Source: Pseudodesulfovibrio piezophilus C1TLV30 (GTDB lineage Bacteria > Desulfobacterota > Desulfovibrionia > Desulfovibrionales > Desulfovibrionaceae). Taken from it: 32,000 nucleotides of DNA. Both the position numbers and the translations under genes were made by a program. Below, in pieces: positions 1 to 9,457 of the stretch (position 1 is its first letter; each line of letters starts with the position of its first letter). The DNA is taken from the NCBI RefSeq assembly GCF_000341895.1, contig NC_020409.1, positions 2,010,001 through 2,042,000 of the forward strand. The letters run 5' to 3'. The notes beneath the pieces are model-generated. The model searched no databases, was not told the origin of the DNA, and worked only from the letters and a program-made list of their open reading frames with translations.

Positions 1-245
1 TTGCAATGGCCGAAAACCGGATTCACCGATTTCGAATCACTCCCGCTTCCACCGAGGGATACGGCAAAGCCGAAGTGACTGTGGGCGGCATTGATACGGA
101 TTGCTTTTCATCCAAAACCTTTGAAGCAAAGGATATCCCCGGCCTGCATGTCATTGGTGAGGCTCTTGATGTGACCGGGCACCTCGGAGGCTACAATCTG
201 CAATGGGCGTTTTCTTCAGGCAGTGCCTGTGCGGAAAGCCTGTAA
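1..245 (+). CDS. C-terminal fragment of an HI0933/BaiN-like FAD flavoprotein (gene begins upstream of the window)
   Basis: The frame is open to the window edge. The tail GGIDTDCFSSKTFEAKDIPGLHVIGEALDVTGHLGGYNLQWAFSSG matches the conserved C-terminus (GE.LDV.G..GGYNLQ.A) of this family. Stop TAA at 243-245. Confidence 0.75.
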   Translation, partial: AMAENRIHRFRITPASTEGYGKAEVTVGGIDTDCFSSKTFEAKDIPGLHVIGEALDVTGHLGGYNLQWAFSSGSACAESL

Positions 246-329
246 AGGCCCGTACTGTCGTACTTGATAAAAAGAGGGGGAGCGGTTTCCGCCATTCCGG
301 CAAAGAACGGGAACAAGCCAATCCGCCGA

Positions 330-935
330 TTATTTGATCAAAGGCAGATAGGTTTGATGGTACACGATGTCACATGCGACAAAAATGAGCATAAGCCCCA
401 TCAGCATGTTGAAACATTTGAAATACCCACTTCGGTTGAGGCGGTGGCCGACCATCGCCCCCACCATCGCGTAGAGCGTCGGGGCACCAAAGCCGAACAG
501 AGCAAGCAACAACGACCAAACGGCAATATCCACGCCCTCGATTCCGGCAGCTGGAAACTGGACAGTTGCAACGGGCAGAACCACGAGAAAAGACTTCGGG
601 TTCAATAACTGCATCAGCAGTCCATCTTTGAAAGTCAGATTGAGTGAGCACTTTTCGGCCCCGTGCATATTCACTTCCGACAAGATGACTTTACCCGCAA
701 GGAAGAGAATGAAAGCCCCGCCGAGAAGGCCGATATACGGCAGCATGGACTCGTCAATGACACTACTCCCCGCATATCCCACCAACAACAGATAAAACAG
801 CAAAGCGCACCCGACGCCCATGGAAAACATGAACTGGGTCGCCATATTCTTTTGCAACCCATTGTTAAAACTCAAAATATTGACCGGCCCCGGCGTATAC
901 ATGATACCGATGGAAAAGATGAGTATGTTCAGCAT
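330..935 (-). CDS. LysE/RhtB family amino-acid exporter
   Basis: 201-aa, almost entirely hydrophobic ORF with several TM-like segments. The N-terminal IGIMYTPGPVNI motif is typical of LysE-type translocators. It lies 9 nt downstream of the araC-type gene on the same strand and has a GGGGA SD. Confidence 0.8.
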   Translation of the reverse strand: MLNILIFSIGIMYTPGPVNILSFNNGLQKNMATQFMFSMGVGCALLFYLLLVGYAGSSVIDESMLPYIGLLGGAFILFLAGKVILSEVNMHGAEKCSLNLTFKDGLLMQLLNPKSFLVVLPVATVQFPAAGIEGVDIAVWSLLLALFGFGAPTLYAMVGAMVGHRLNRSGYFKCFNMLMGLMLIFVACDIVYHQTYLPLIK

Positions 936-944
936 AGTTCCCCG

Positions 945-1778
945 TTATCCCCGGAATTGGATTTGATATTGACGCGGCGTGATTCCATGAATCCGCTTGA
1001 AACGTCGATTAAGATGGCTGACATCGGTAAACCCGGACATATGCGCCACGGTACTCGGCGCACCACCGTCCTCGAGAGCGCGTCTTGCCCGGTTAATACG
1101 GGCACTAAGCACGTATTGATGAGGTGTAATCCCGAATTGACGGCGAAACAGGCGGATAAAATGATACTTGGACATAGTGGCCACACCGCACAGCTCATCA
1201 ATGGAAAGATCCTGCTCCAGATTCTCCAGAATATACTCCTTCACCCTGAGGAGAAGCGTATCCTTCCTCTCCGACCACTGGTCCGGCTGATAATGCCCGA
1301 GCCTCTGTGTCAGTCGTTTTACTATTTCATACAAAAGTGACTCCTGCTCCATCCGAGCCCCGGATTGCAGGGAGATCAAATGAGAGAGGGACAGAATATG
1401 AGACCGGAGTATTCGGTCCCGGAAAAGGGTCTCCGGGAGGCGAAGGGAAGCGTTTTCCTCTTTGCCTATTGCGTGGAAAAGCGGAACTATTTCATCTTGA
1501 TGAAGATAGAGCATCGTATACTTGAGCGCGTCATGGTTCCCGGGATTCCCATCATGAGCATCCTCGGGATTAAACAGCAGAATCGTTCCCGGCGGACTTT
1601 GAAACCAGCACCCCCTGCAAAAAAAGTCCTGCCTCCCAGATAAAGTCACCCCGATCGCCAACTCCTGATGAGCGTGTTTTTCATAGGAAAAATCACTCAT
1701 CACAGCATTCAAAGCGGTCACCCCTGCAAGGTGGCTACTGTGTCTGAATATGAAGGAGTTTTCGTGCATTACGGTCAT
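945..1778 (-). CDS. AraC family transcriptional regulator (cupin-like sensor plus double HTH)
   Basis: The C-terminal part LSIDELCGVATMSKYHFIRLFRRQFGITPHQY...VAHMSGFTDVSHLNRRFKRIHGITPRQY is the AraC/XylS HTH signature. The N-terminus has a cupin-like HAHQELAIGV...PEDAHDGNP segment. Confidence 0.85.
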   Translation of the reverse strand: MTVMHENSFIFRHSSHLAGVTALNAVMSDFSYEKHAHQELAIGVTLSGRQDFFCRGCWFQSPPGTILLFNPEDAHDGNPGNHDALKYTMLYLHQDEIVPLFHAIGKEENASLRLPETLFRDRILRSHILSLSHLISLQSGARMEQESLLYEIVKRLTQRLGHYQPDQWSERKDTLLLRVKEYILENLEQDLSIDELCGVATMSKYHFIRLFRRQFGITPHQYVLSARINRARRALEDGGAPSTVAHMSGFTDVSHLNRRFKRIHGITPRQYQIQFRG

Positions 1779-1926
1779 TTCCCGGAACTTTTCCCTGTTT
1801 CATCCACTCTCTACAGCCTTGATTCAAAAAAAACTTGTACAAAATTGCTCATCTTGCATCTGGCTTCATGGCTAAAGAAGGGTGAATCAGCAGCAGGAAA
1901 AGGGCCGCGCATAAACGGCTTAGACG

Positions 1927-2253
1927 TTATATCATCGTCTTCAATATCCACAGGCTGACCATGCCACTCCCAATTGTCGCCAGGATACTCCGGGTTTTCC
2001 ACGCCACCAGAACAGCTATGAGAGCCGCGAGAATCCTGTCCCACCCGGCAAAGGTCGCCACGCCGTTCTTATGCAGCAGCACGGCAGGGACAACCAAGGC
2101 AGGCATGACCGAGGCCGGAATGAAGCGAAGCATGCGCTGCACGGTTTCAGGCAGCGTGATCTTGTCGATAATCAGGATGAAGGAAAACCGGATGAGAAAT
2201 GTCCCAAGTCCGATGCCAAGGACCACAATCCAATACTGATGCATATCAACCAC
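1927..2253 (-). CDS. azlD: AzlD branched-chain amino-acid transport protein
   Basis: 108-aa hydrophobic protein (IVVLGIGLGTFLIRFSFILI...). Its start overlaps the stop of the upstream azlC-like gene by 8 nt, the classic azlCD arrangement. Confidence 0.8.
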   Translation of the reverse strand: MVDMHQYWIVVLGIGLGTFLIRFSFILIIDKITLPETVQRMLRFIPASVMPALVVPAVLLHKNGVATFAGWDRILAALIAVLVAWKTRSILATIGSGMVSLWILKTMI

Positions 2254-2941
2254 GGGTTTGTCTCCTTTCTGCCAGGGTTCCGGCTATGATGCCACACAAG
2301 GCAGCGGTGAGCAGTCCAAGATTATAGGGCAGGGAATCCGTCACGGCGGACAATCCACCGGCCACCACAGCCGCAAGCAGGGTGGGCCGATCCTGTACGG
2401 CCGGGATAATCAGGGCCGTAAAGGTCAACGGAACAGCAAAATCAAGCTCCCACTCAGGCGGAATGAGTGCACCGATATACGAGCCGAGAAAAGATGTGGA
2501 GATAAACGCGATTCCCATGAGCAGGGCGGCGCCGAGAAAATAGGCAACTTTGTGAGTGTGATCAGCTTCCGGTCCCTTAAACCGATTGATCGACATAGCG
2601 TACGCCTGATCCGTAAGCACATAGGCAAGTCCCATTTTCTTAAGTGGATGCACGCCCCTGAAATGCTCGGCAATAGAAGCCGAATACATGACAAAGCGGG
2701 CATTAATCACCAATCCTGTAAAAATGATGACAATGCTCGACGCATGTTCGCTCATGAGCTGGGTCGCGACCAGTTGCGATGCCCCGGCGAAAATGAAGAT
2801 CGACATGACTCCACCACCCCACTCCGGGATACCGACCGAGGAACAAACCGCACCGCAAATCAACCCGAAAGGTAGGATACCGATCATTAAGGGGCAGGTA
2901 TCGCGGCTTCCAGCCCAAAATGAGGACAATCTCTCTGACAT
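2246..2941 (-). CDS. azlC: AzlC family branched-chain amino-acid exporter subunit
   Basis: 231-aa polytopic membrane protein (GILPFGLICGAV..., AGASQLVA motif region). AAGGAG SD sits 6 nt upstream of the ATG. Paired with azlD. Confidence 0.85.
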   Translation of the reverse strand: MSERLSSFWAGSRDTCPLMIGILPFGLICGAVCSSVGIPEWGGGVMSIFIFAGASQLVATQLMSEHASSIVIIFTGLVINARFVMYSASIAEHFRGVHPLKKMGLAYVLTDQAYAMSINRFKGPEADHTHKVAYFLGAALLMGIAFISTSFLGSYIGALIPPEWELDFAVPLTFTALIIPAVQDRPTLLAAVVAGGLSAVTDSLPYNLGLLTAALCGIIAGTLAERRQTRG

Positions 2942-2969
2942 GAAAATCTCCTTGTCCGTCCGAGCTACT

Positions 2970-2998
2970 TTGACACAATCCCATCGTCAATGTATTAA
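2970..2998 (+). promoter_or_regulatory. Candidate sigma-70 promoter of the MocR-type regulator, implying a leaderless or near-leaderless mRNA
   Basis: TTGACA (2970-2975), a 17-nt spacer, then TATTAA (2993-2998). The ATG at 3007 lies 8 nt after the -10 box, and no SD is present between them. Confidence 0.4.
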
Positions 2999-3006
2999 TT
3001 GTCACC

Positions 3007-4365
3007 ATGACAATTTGGCAACCGAATATCCAAAGCACTTCCGGGCCGCGTTATCTCGCCATCGCAAATGCCCTTGAAGACGATGTGAAACACGGCCGAC
3101 TGAATCCCGGCACCAAGCTCCCCACCCACAGGGAACTGGCGGACACGCTCGGCGTGACCGTAGGGACCGTGACGCGAGGATACGCTGAAGCGGCCCGCCG
3201 GGGACTCCTGCGTGGAGAGACTGGACGTGGCACTTATGTCGGTGGCGAACCCCATCACCAATTCGTCTGCCACAAGGAACATCACCGCCCTGAAGTGGTG
3301 GACATGAAACTGACCCTCCCTTTCGAAGCACTCAATCCGGACATCGGCAGTGTCCTCCGCGAGATGGCCCTTTCCCCGGACGCACACCATCTGCTCGAAT
3401 ACAGTCCGTCGGCCGGACGACAGGCGGACAGGGCCGCCGGAGCACATTGGCTGACGAGATATAATCTCAAGGCTGACACCGAAACCATCACCCTGACCGC
3501 GGGCGGGCAAAACGCCCTGGCCGTCATCCTAAGTGCTCTTTTCAGGCCCGGCGATGCCATTGCCGTGGAATCCATCACCTATCCGCTCCTCAAGACCCTG
3601 GCCCGACGGTTCCATCTCAAGCTGGTTCCGGTTGAGCAGGACAGCTCCGGCATGATACCTGATTCCCTGGAGGAGGTCTGTCGAACATACGGTGTGCGTG
3701 GAGTGTACGTCATGCCTTCCTGCCAAAATCCGACCACAGTACGCATGCCGGATTTCCGCCGCCAGGAGATTGCCGCCCTCACTCGCCGACACGACTTGTT
3801 CATCATGGAAGACGATGCCTATGGACTGGTCGCCGGAGATTTCGGTGTGCCCTTTGCCTCTCGCGCCCCGGAACGCACCTTTTTTGTGGCATCCCTGTCC
3901 AAACCTGTTGCCGGGGGGCTCAGGGTGGCGTACCTTGTGTCTCCGTCGCAGCATGTGTGTGCGGTCAAACGCGCCATTTCCGATATGCTCTGGATGACCC
4001 CTCCGCTTATGGCCGCCATAGCCCGTCGCTGGATAGAGGACGGAACTGCCGACCGGACCCTTGAGGCCAAAAGAAACGAAGCTGCCCGCCGTACAATCCT
4101 GACGGCAACGATGCTCCCCGAACAGGATATAGCCATACAGCAAAACGGATTCTACGGGTGGCTCAAGCTGCCGGAGCCGTGGACTGCCGGAGACTTTGCC
4201 CGCGTCGCGGAAGAAAACGACGTCATGGTCTCACCTGACGATATTTTTGTTGTAGGACGCCGCCCTTTGCCCCATGCCGTTCGGCTGGGCCTGAGCGGAG
4301 CCCCCACTCTGGACGACCTGAAACGCGGTCTTGAAACAATCCGCACCATACTCCAATCAAAATAA
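3007..4365 (+). CDS. MocR/GabR-type regulator (GntR wHTH fused to a PLP aminotransferase-fold domain)
   Basis: N-terminal GntR-like wHTH (KLPTHRELADTLGVTVGTVTRGY). A large fold-type-I aminotransferase-like C-terminal domain carries the SLSK PLP-lysine motif (FFVASLSKPVAGGLRVAY). Divergent from azlCD. Confidence 0.9.
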   Translation: MTIWQPNIQSTSGPRYLAIANALEDDVKHGRLNPGTKLPTHRELADTLGVTVGTVTRGYAEAARRGLLRGETGRGTYVGGEPHHQFVCHKEHHRPEVVDMKLTLPFEALNPDIGSVLREMALSPDAHHLLEYSPSAGRQADRAAGAHWLTRYNLKADTETITLTAGGQNALAVILSALFRPGDAIAVESITYPLLKTLARRFHLKLVPVEQDSSGMIPDSLEEVCRTYGVRGVYVMPSCQNPTTVRMPDFRRQEIAALTRRHDLFIMEDDAYGLVAGDFGVPFASRAPERTFFVASLSKPVAGGLRVAYLVSPSQHVCAVKRAISDMLWMTPPLMAAIARRWIEDGTADRTLEAKRNEAARRTILTATMLPEQDIAIQQNGFYGWLKLPEPWTAGDFARVAEENDVMVSPDDIFVVGRRPLPHAVRLGLSGAPTLDDLKRGLETIRTILQSK

Positions 4366-4381
4366 CACATCGGACTGGACC

Positions 4382-5707
4382 ATGAAAACCAAAGAAGCTT
4401 TCCGCTGTTCTGCCTGTGGAGCGCAATCGCCTCGCTGGAAAGGACAATGTTCCTCTTGCAAAGAATGGAACACCCTGGAACCGGTCACGGTCTCCAAAAG
4501 AACCTCCACACCAGTGGGAGCCGCAGCTTCGCAGGATAGACCACGTCCCTTAGAAGATCTGACGACCGAGAATCTTAATTCCCGGACATCGGGGATGCCG
4601 TCCCTGGACGACCTGCTTGGCACCGGATTGGTCCCTGGTGCTGCCATTCTGCTCGGCGGAGAACCCGGAATAGGAAAATCCACTCTGCTTCTGCAATTGG
4701 CGGGAAGCCAGGCCCGACTGGGGCACACGGCCGTGTATCTCTCGGGCGAGGAATCTCTCCCCCAACTCAAGGCTCGCGCCGAGCGCCTGGACCTTCTCGG
4801 GCCGGGACTCATGGCCTTGTCAACGAACAAGGTCGAAGATGCATTGGCCATACTCAGCGAACCGGAGCCGCCTGAGTTACTCATAGTGGACTCGGTCCAA
4901 ACCCTGGTATCGCCCATGGCCGAAGGCATCCCCGGCTCAGTCAGCCAGGTCAGAGCTGTCTCGGCCGAACTGGTTGAAAAGACAAAAAAGACCGGCACCA
5001 CATTGATCCTGGTGGGCCATGTGACCAAGGACGGCCAGATCGCCGGCCCCAAACTGCTGGAACACATGGTGGACACCGTACTGTACATCGAGGGAGACAG
5101 AAAACATTTTTCCCGCATCCTGCGAGTCCTCAAAAACCGATTTGGCCCCAGTGACGAACTCGTGGTTTTCACCATGAAAGAAAAAGGGCTGGAAGTGGTG
5201 GAAGACCCGGCGACCTTTTTTCTCGGCACCCGCGACCCCAGCCTATCGGGGACGGCCATGGCCATGGCCGTGGATGGACAGCGCCCCTTTGCCGTGGAAG
5301 TGCAGGCCCTGGTCAGCAAATCATTTCTCTCCATCCCGCGCCGCACCGCACTCGGTTTTGACACCAACCGCCTCAATCTGCTGTTGGCCGTATTGGAAAA
5401 ACGACTGCGCCTGAATCTGAGTGGTCATGACATCTACGCAAAGATCACAGGAGGCTTGGCCACTCGTGACCCAGGATTGGACCTGGCCGTTATCTCGGCC
5501 GTTCTGTCATCCTTTTACGACCAGCCTTTACCGGAATCCTCGGTCTACTGGGGTGAGATAGACCTCAATGGACAGATTCGGCCCGTTGCCGCCCATGATA
5601 TCCGTTTGAAACAGTCAAAACGCCTGGGACATGACCCGGCCTGTCACTCCGGCACCTGCCCCACTCTGGCAGATCTGCAACGATTCCTGTTCGGCAAGCG
5701 GAACTAG
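4382..5707 (+). CDS. radA: DNA repair protein RadA/Sms
   Basis: N-terminal zinc ribbon FRCSACGAQSPRWKGQCSSCKEWNT, Walker A GGEPGIGKST, the KNRFG motif (LKNRFGPSDE) and a Lon-like C-terminal domain. I prefer the ATG at 4382 over the track start at 4331, which overlaps the MocR gene. Confidence 0.9.
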   Translation: MKTKEAFRCSACGAQSPRWKGQCSSCKEWNTLEPVTVSKRTSTPVGAAASQDRPRPLEDLTTENLNSRTSGMPSLDDLLGTGLVPGAAILLGGEPGIGKSTLLLQLAGSQARLGHTAVYLSGEESLPQLKARAERLDLLGPGLMALSTNKVEDALAILSEPEPPELLIVDSVQTLVSPMAEGIPGSVSQVRAVSAELVEKTKKTGTTLILVGHVTKDGQIAGPKLLEHMVDTVLYIEGDRKHFSRILRVLKNRFGPSDELVVFTMKEKGLEVVEDPATFFLGTRDPSLSGTAMAMAVDGQRPFAVEVQALVSKSFLSIPRRTALGFDTNRLNLLLAVLEKRLRLNLSGHDIYAKITGGLATRDPGLDLAVISAVLSSFYDQPLPESSVYWGEIDLNGQIRPVAAHDIRLKQSKRLGHDPACHSGTCPTLADLQRFLFGKRN

Positions 5708-5840
5708 TTTCCCGGAACTGTGGGGACTGCACTTTCATTTTCTACAAAAAATGATATTGTTGCCATCGCCATGCCTGAATCAGGAACCGAAACAGGGCAT
5801 GGAATCACCCCAAATGAGACAGCACCGAATGGAGGTCATC

Positions 5841-7181
5841 ATGGCGGACATACTTGATTGGACAAGCGCAAATCTGGACACACTTGACGGAGCGACCCAC
5901 GAAGCCAGGGCTGGAGAAATGGCAGCCCGCCTGGTTGAGCAGACCGGATCGGGAGAACTTCCCTTCCTGACCATGTCTTACATGGCTGGATTGAAACAGC
6001 AATTGAGCAACCTCAAGGATTACCTCAAGGGCTTTGACCATATGCTCCTGCTCGGCATCGGAGGGTCGGCTCTTGGTGCCCGAGCTCTGCAAAAGGCTTT
6101 TTTTCCCCAGCAAGACCAACCGGGGCACAACGGACCAAGCCTGTGGATTGCCGACAATGTGGATGCCTATGCCCTGGAATCCTACCTTGCGACCCTGCCT
6201 GCCGAGAAAACAGTCATCGTCACTATTTCCAAATCGGGCGGAACCATCGAGACAGTTGGACAGTACTTCATCTTCAAGGAATGGGCACAGAAGAAGCTGG
6301 GTGACGAGTGGAACCGTCATATGCTCCTGATCACTGATGAAGAAGAAGGATTTCTGCGAACCGAAGCAGACCGAAACACCATCAAGACTCTGCCTGTGCC
6401 AGACAACCTCGGCGGACGTTATTCCGTTCTTTCAGCGGTGGGCCTCATCCCGGCACTTTTTCTCGGTATTGATATCGATTCACTCATCGACGGCGCGCGC
6501 GATGTCGTCGCCCCGCTCATTGACCCGACCCTCACAGGGCAGACATTGTCCCGACATCCCTCTTTCCAACTCGCGACCTGGGCCGCCTCCCTGCTGGACA
6601 AGGGATTTGATGAGATGATCTTTTTCGCCTATATCCCCTTGTGGGCCAGTTTCGGAGACTGGTTCGCCCAGCTCTGGGCCGAGTCTTTGGGCAAGGAAGG
6701 CAAAGGCAGCCAGCCGGTTCCGGCCATCGGCGTCACGGATCAACATTCCGTCAACCAGATGTTCATGGACGGCATCCGCAACAAGGCGTGCCTGTTCCTG
6801 ACCTGCCCGACCTTGCCCGCAGGTCCCAGATTTCCAAACGACCTGCCCGATCAGTTTGACTATGTTCGCGGCAAGAACTTTGGTGAACTGATCCAGGCGG
6901 AAGGTCTCGGCAACCGCATGGCACTCTCCCAAAACGGCGTGCCTCTGGTCGAATTGAGCATGGGTGATGACGGGCCGAAACAAGCCGGGAAACTGATCGC
7001 GCTCCTTGGCGCGGCCACCATCCTGACTGGCTGGCTCATGGGAATCAACCCTCTGGATCAACCCGCCGTCGAACTTGGCAAACGGCTTGCCAAGGCCCGC
7101 ATGAACGCGGACGGATTGGAAGAGGAAAAAGCGGACATGGACGCTTTCCTCTCGGCTGACAGGGATACACGGGAGTTCTAA
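5841..7181 (+). CDS. pgi: Glucose-6-phosphate isomerase (short bacterial type)
   Basis: SIS-domain motif LLLGIGGSALGARAL and ISKSGGTIET, length about 446 aa. ATG at 5841 is preceded by GGAGG at 5831-5835. The track start at 5631 overlaps the radA 3' end. Confidence 0.9.
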   Translation: MADILDWTSANLDTLDGATHEARAGEMAARLVEQTGSGELPFLTMSYMAGLKQQLSNLKDYLKGFDHMLLLGIGGSALGARALQKAFFPQQDQPGHNGPSLWIADNVDAYALESYLATLPAEKTVIVTISKSGGTIETVGQYFIFKEWAQKKLGDEWNRHMLLITDEEEGFLRTEADRNTIKTLPVPDNLGGRYSVLSAVGLIPALFLGIDIDSLIDGARDVVAPLIDPTLTGQTLSRHPSFQLATWAASLLDKGFDEMIFFAYIPLWASFGDWFAQLWAESLGKEGKGSQPVPAIGVTDQHSVNQMFMDGIRNKACLFLTCPTLPAGPRFPNDLPDQFDYVRGKNFGELIQAEGLGNRMALSQNGVPLVELSMGDDGPKQAGKLIALLGAATILTGWLMGINPLDQPAVELGKRLAKARMNADGLEEEKADMDAFLSADRDTREF

Positions 7182-7185
7182 CTCA

Positions 7186-8622
7186 TTGGTACAACAGAAT
7201 AACGACAGCGGCAGGCCACTCCAATTCGTCAAGGTTATTTCCTGGAGCCTGTTTGCCATCATCCTCGGCTTCAGCTTGCTGCTGTCGGTTTTCATCTCCA
7301 AGTACGCAGAGCAAACCCTTCTCGAAAAACAGAAGGAGTTCGGCCTGTTACTCGCCGAGAATGTCAGCCATCAGGTCTTCACCCGTTTTGTCATGCCCGC
7401 TGTCATGCAGTACGGCGGCATCAGTCTGCGCAAACCACAACAGGCCAAAGCGCTTGATGAGGTTGTACGTTCCACCATCCATAGCTTTCATGTCACATCC
7501 CTGCGGATATACGACTCTAACGGACTCATCACATACTCCCTGAACAAGGACGAGGTCGGAACCCCGGGAACGGCTCTCTATATGGTGACCCGTACATGGA
7601 AAAATGAAGATTTTTCTTCGGAGATCCTGTCCAAGGTCTCCAAATTTGTTTCCCTGTTCCGAGCCAGCCTCAAACCGGGCAGCTTGATCCTTCGGGCCTA
7701 TTACCCCTTGAGGGCGGAAAGAAGTCTGACGAATATCGATGAAAATCCGATCATGGGCATCCTGGAATTTCAGCAGGATATCACATCAGACTTCATGGCC
7801 ATGCTTAATTTCGAGCGATTGATCATTTCCTTTTCTCTCATTACTTCGCTGGTTCTGTTCTTTTTGGTTGTCGCGATCCTGCGCCGTGTCGAACGATTGA
7901 GCAACCGCCAGATCAAGGAAAAGGAACTGCTCCTTTTCGAATTGCAACAGCAGGAAAAACTGGCAGGCATGGGACGCATGGTTGCAGGGGTGGCACACGA
8001 AATCCGCAACCCCTTGGGCATCATCTGCTCCAGTTCGGAACTGGTCCTGAAAAAAGCGCAGAAGGAGGGGAGCGCCTACACGCGCATCCTCCAGGCTCTG
8101 CATGAGGAAGCCAAACGTCTGAGCCGAACCGTGGCCGAATTCCTGGACTATGCCCGCCCGAAAAAACCGACCATGTCGGATGTTCAGATAGACAGACTGC
8201 TCGATCAGGTCACCATTTTTATGGAGCAGGAATGCGAAAAACTCGGCGTGACTATCGACCGTGAATATTCCGGGGACCTGACTGTCCAGGGTGACAAGGA
8301 CTTACTCTACCGGGCATTCTACAATCTAGTCGCCAATGCCCTCCAGGCCATGGAAAACCACGGCACCACGGATGGGCACATCTTCATTAACGCGGCCAGA
8401 GAAGGCAACAGCACGCACCTAACCATTCAGGACACTGGTCCCGGTTTTACCCCGGAACACATTGAAAAGGTTCGTGACCCGTTTTTTACCACCAAGGATT
8501 CCGGCACCGGCCTCGGGCTGGCCCTGGTCTCCACCATCCTCGAATCCCACGGCGTGGAGATGTTCCTCTCCAATGCCGAAGACGGTGGTGCAAGGGTGGA
8601 CATCATATTCCCGGAACGGTAG
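7186..8622 (+). CDS. Membrane sensor histidine kinase (two TM segments, extracytoplasmic domain, DHp plus HATPase; no receiver domain)
   Basis: H-box GVAHEIRNPLG, N-box YNLVANALQAM, G1 IQDTGPGF, G2 GTGLGLALV. TM-like segments lie near residues 18-37 and 206-231. TTG at 7186 is the only start codon upstream of TM1, 5 nt after the pgi stop, with GGGAG 13 nt upstream. Confidence 0.85.
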   Translation: MVQQNNDSGRPLQFVKVISWSLFAIILGFSLLLSVFISKYAEQTLLEKQKEFGLLLAENVSHQVFTRFVMPAVMQYGGISLRKPQQAKALDEVVRSTIHSFHVTSLRIYDSNGLITYSLNKDEVGTPGTALYMVTRTWKNEDFSSEILSKVSKFVSLFRASLKPGSLILRAYYPLRAERSLTNIDENPIMGILEFQQDITSDFMAMLNFERLIISFSLITSLVLFFLVVAILRRVERLSNRQIKEKELLLFELQQQEKLAGMGRMVAGVAHEIRNPLGIICSSSELVLKKAQKEGSAYTRILQALHEEAKRLSRTVAEFLDYARPKKPTMSDVQIDRLLDQVTIFMEQECEKLGVTIDREYSGDLTVQGDKDLLYRAFYNLVANALQAMENHGTTDGHIFINAAREGNSTHLTIQDTGPGFTPEHIEKVRDPFFTTKDSGTGLGLALVSTILESHGVEMFLSNAEDGGARVDIIFPER

Positions 8623-8631
8623 GGGGAGCCT

Positions 8632-9405
8632 ATGTCAAAAGCATGGATACAAGCCAAACACCCGGAATTCATTCGAGATCTGTTCAAGTTCTTCTGCCAG
8701 AGCTGCAAAATACTGGAAGCACAATTCGCTTCCTTTGATGACGATGGCACAGTCTCTTTCGAAATTCTCCACGACATCATGGGGTCCGAAATGGACAAGG
8801 GACTGCTGTGGCGCATGAAGGATACAGCCCATCACGTCTTTCGTAACGACCCGCACTCTCAACTGGGCGGCAAATTTCTGGACTGGGCCATCGGCTATAT
8901 TTTTCATGAGACCATCAAACTCAAGGAAGATGCCTACCAAAAACAAAACTATGCGCCATGGTTCCATCGGCTCTACGAGGGAGATGACCTGCAGGACAGC
9001 GAAAAAGATGTCACCGATCAGCTTTTCCTGATCCTGAATCAGACCGAAGAATCCATGCGCCGCGAGATAGATCGTATTCGCTTCATCATGGCAAAATGCC
9101 GCCAACTCTTGCCGTCCTATCTGAACAGATACAGCGATAACGTCCTGCTTGCACGATACATTTTCTCAGAGAACACCCTCGTCCGATCGGTTTTCACGGA
9201 AGAATACGGTGGGTTGATCTCCGCCATTTACCGGACCGAACCCGAACGGATGTTTATCCTTGCAAGCCAATCTCTTCGCATGGGAGGATGGATGGATGAA
9301 GCCACGGAAGCCGTTCATCGGGCGTTCGAACAGAATCCAACAAGCAAAATGGTGTTGCAAGAAAAGAAAATAATTGATAATTGGGCGAATAGAATACAAA
9401 GTTGA
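8632..9405 (+). CDS. Hypothetical soluble protein, 257 aa, no domain I recognise
   Basis: ATG lies 10 nt after the kinase stop and is preceded by GGGGGAG. Its amino-acid composition looks coding. Predicted helical by eye, with a TPR-like C-terminal stretch (ASQSLRMGGWMDEATEAVHRAFEQNP). Confidence 0.6.
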   Translation: MSKAWIQAKHPEFIRDLFKFFCQSCKILEAQFASFDDDGTVSFEILHDIMGSEMDKGLLWRMKDTAHHVFRNDPHSQLGGKFLDWAIGYIFHETIKLKEDAYQKQNYAPWFHRLYEGDDLQDSEKDVTDQLFLILNQTEESMRREIDRIRFIMAKCRQLLPSYLNRYSDNVLLARYIFSENTLVRSVFTEEYGGLISAIYRTEPERMFILASQSLRMGGWMDEATEAVHRAFEQNPTSKMVLQEKKIIDNWANRIQS

Positions 9406-9457
9406 CCTGGCTGCGACGGGTTAATTGAGACTGTAGAACCATTCGAGGAGGCTGTTA

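Noticed and set aside
2258-2875. 205-aa plus-strand ORF and other overlapping ORFs across azlCD (2425-2703, 2688-3077, 2703-3038).
   Set aside because: They are antisense or out of frame to clear AzlC/AzlD membrane proteins. Their translations are hydrophilic Arg/Gly/His-rich junk without motifs.
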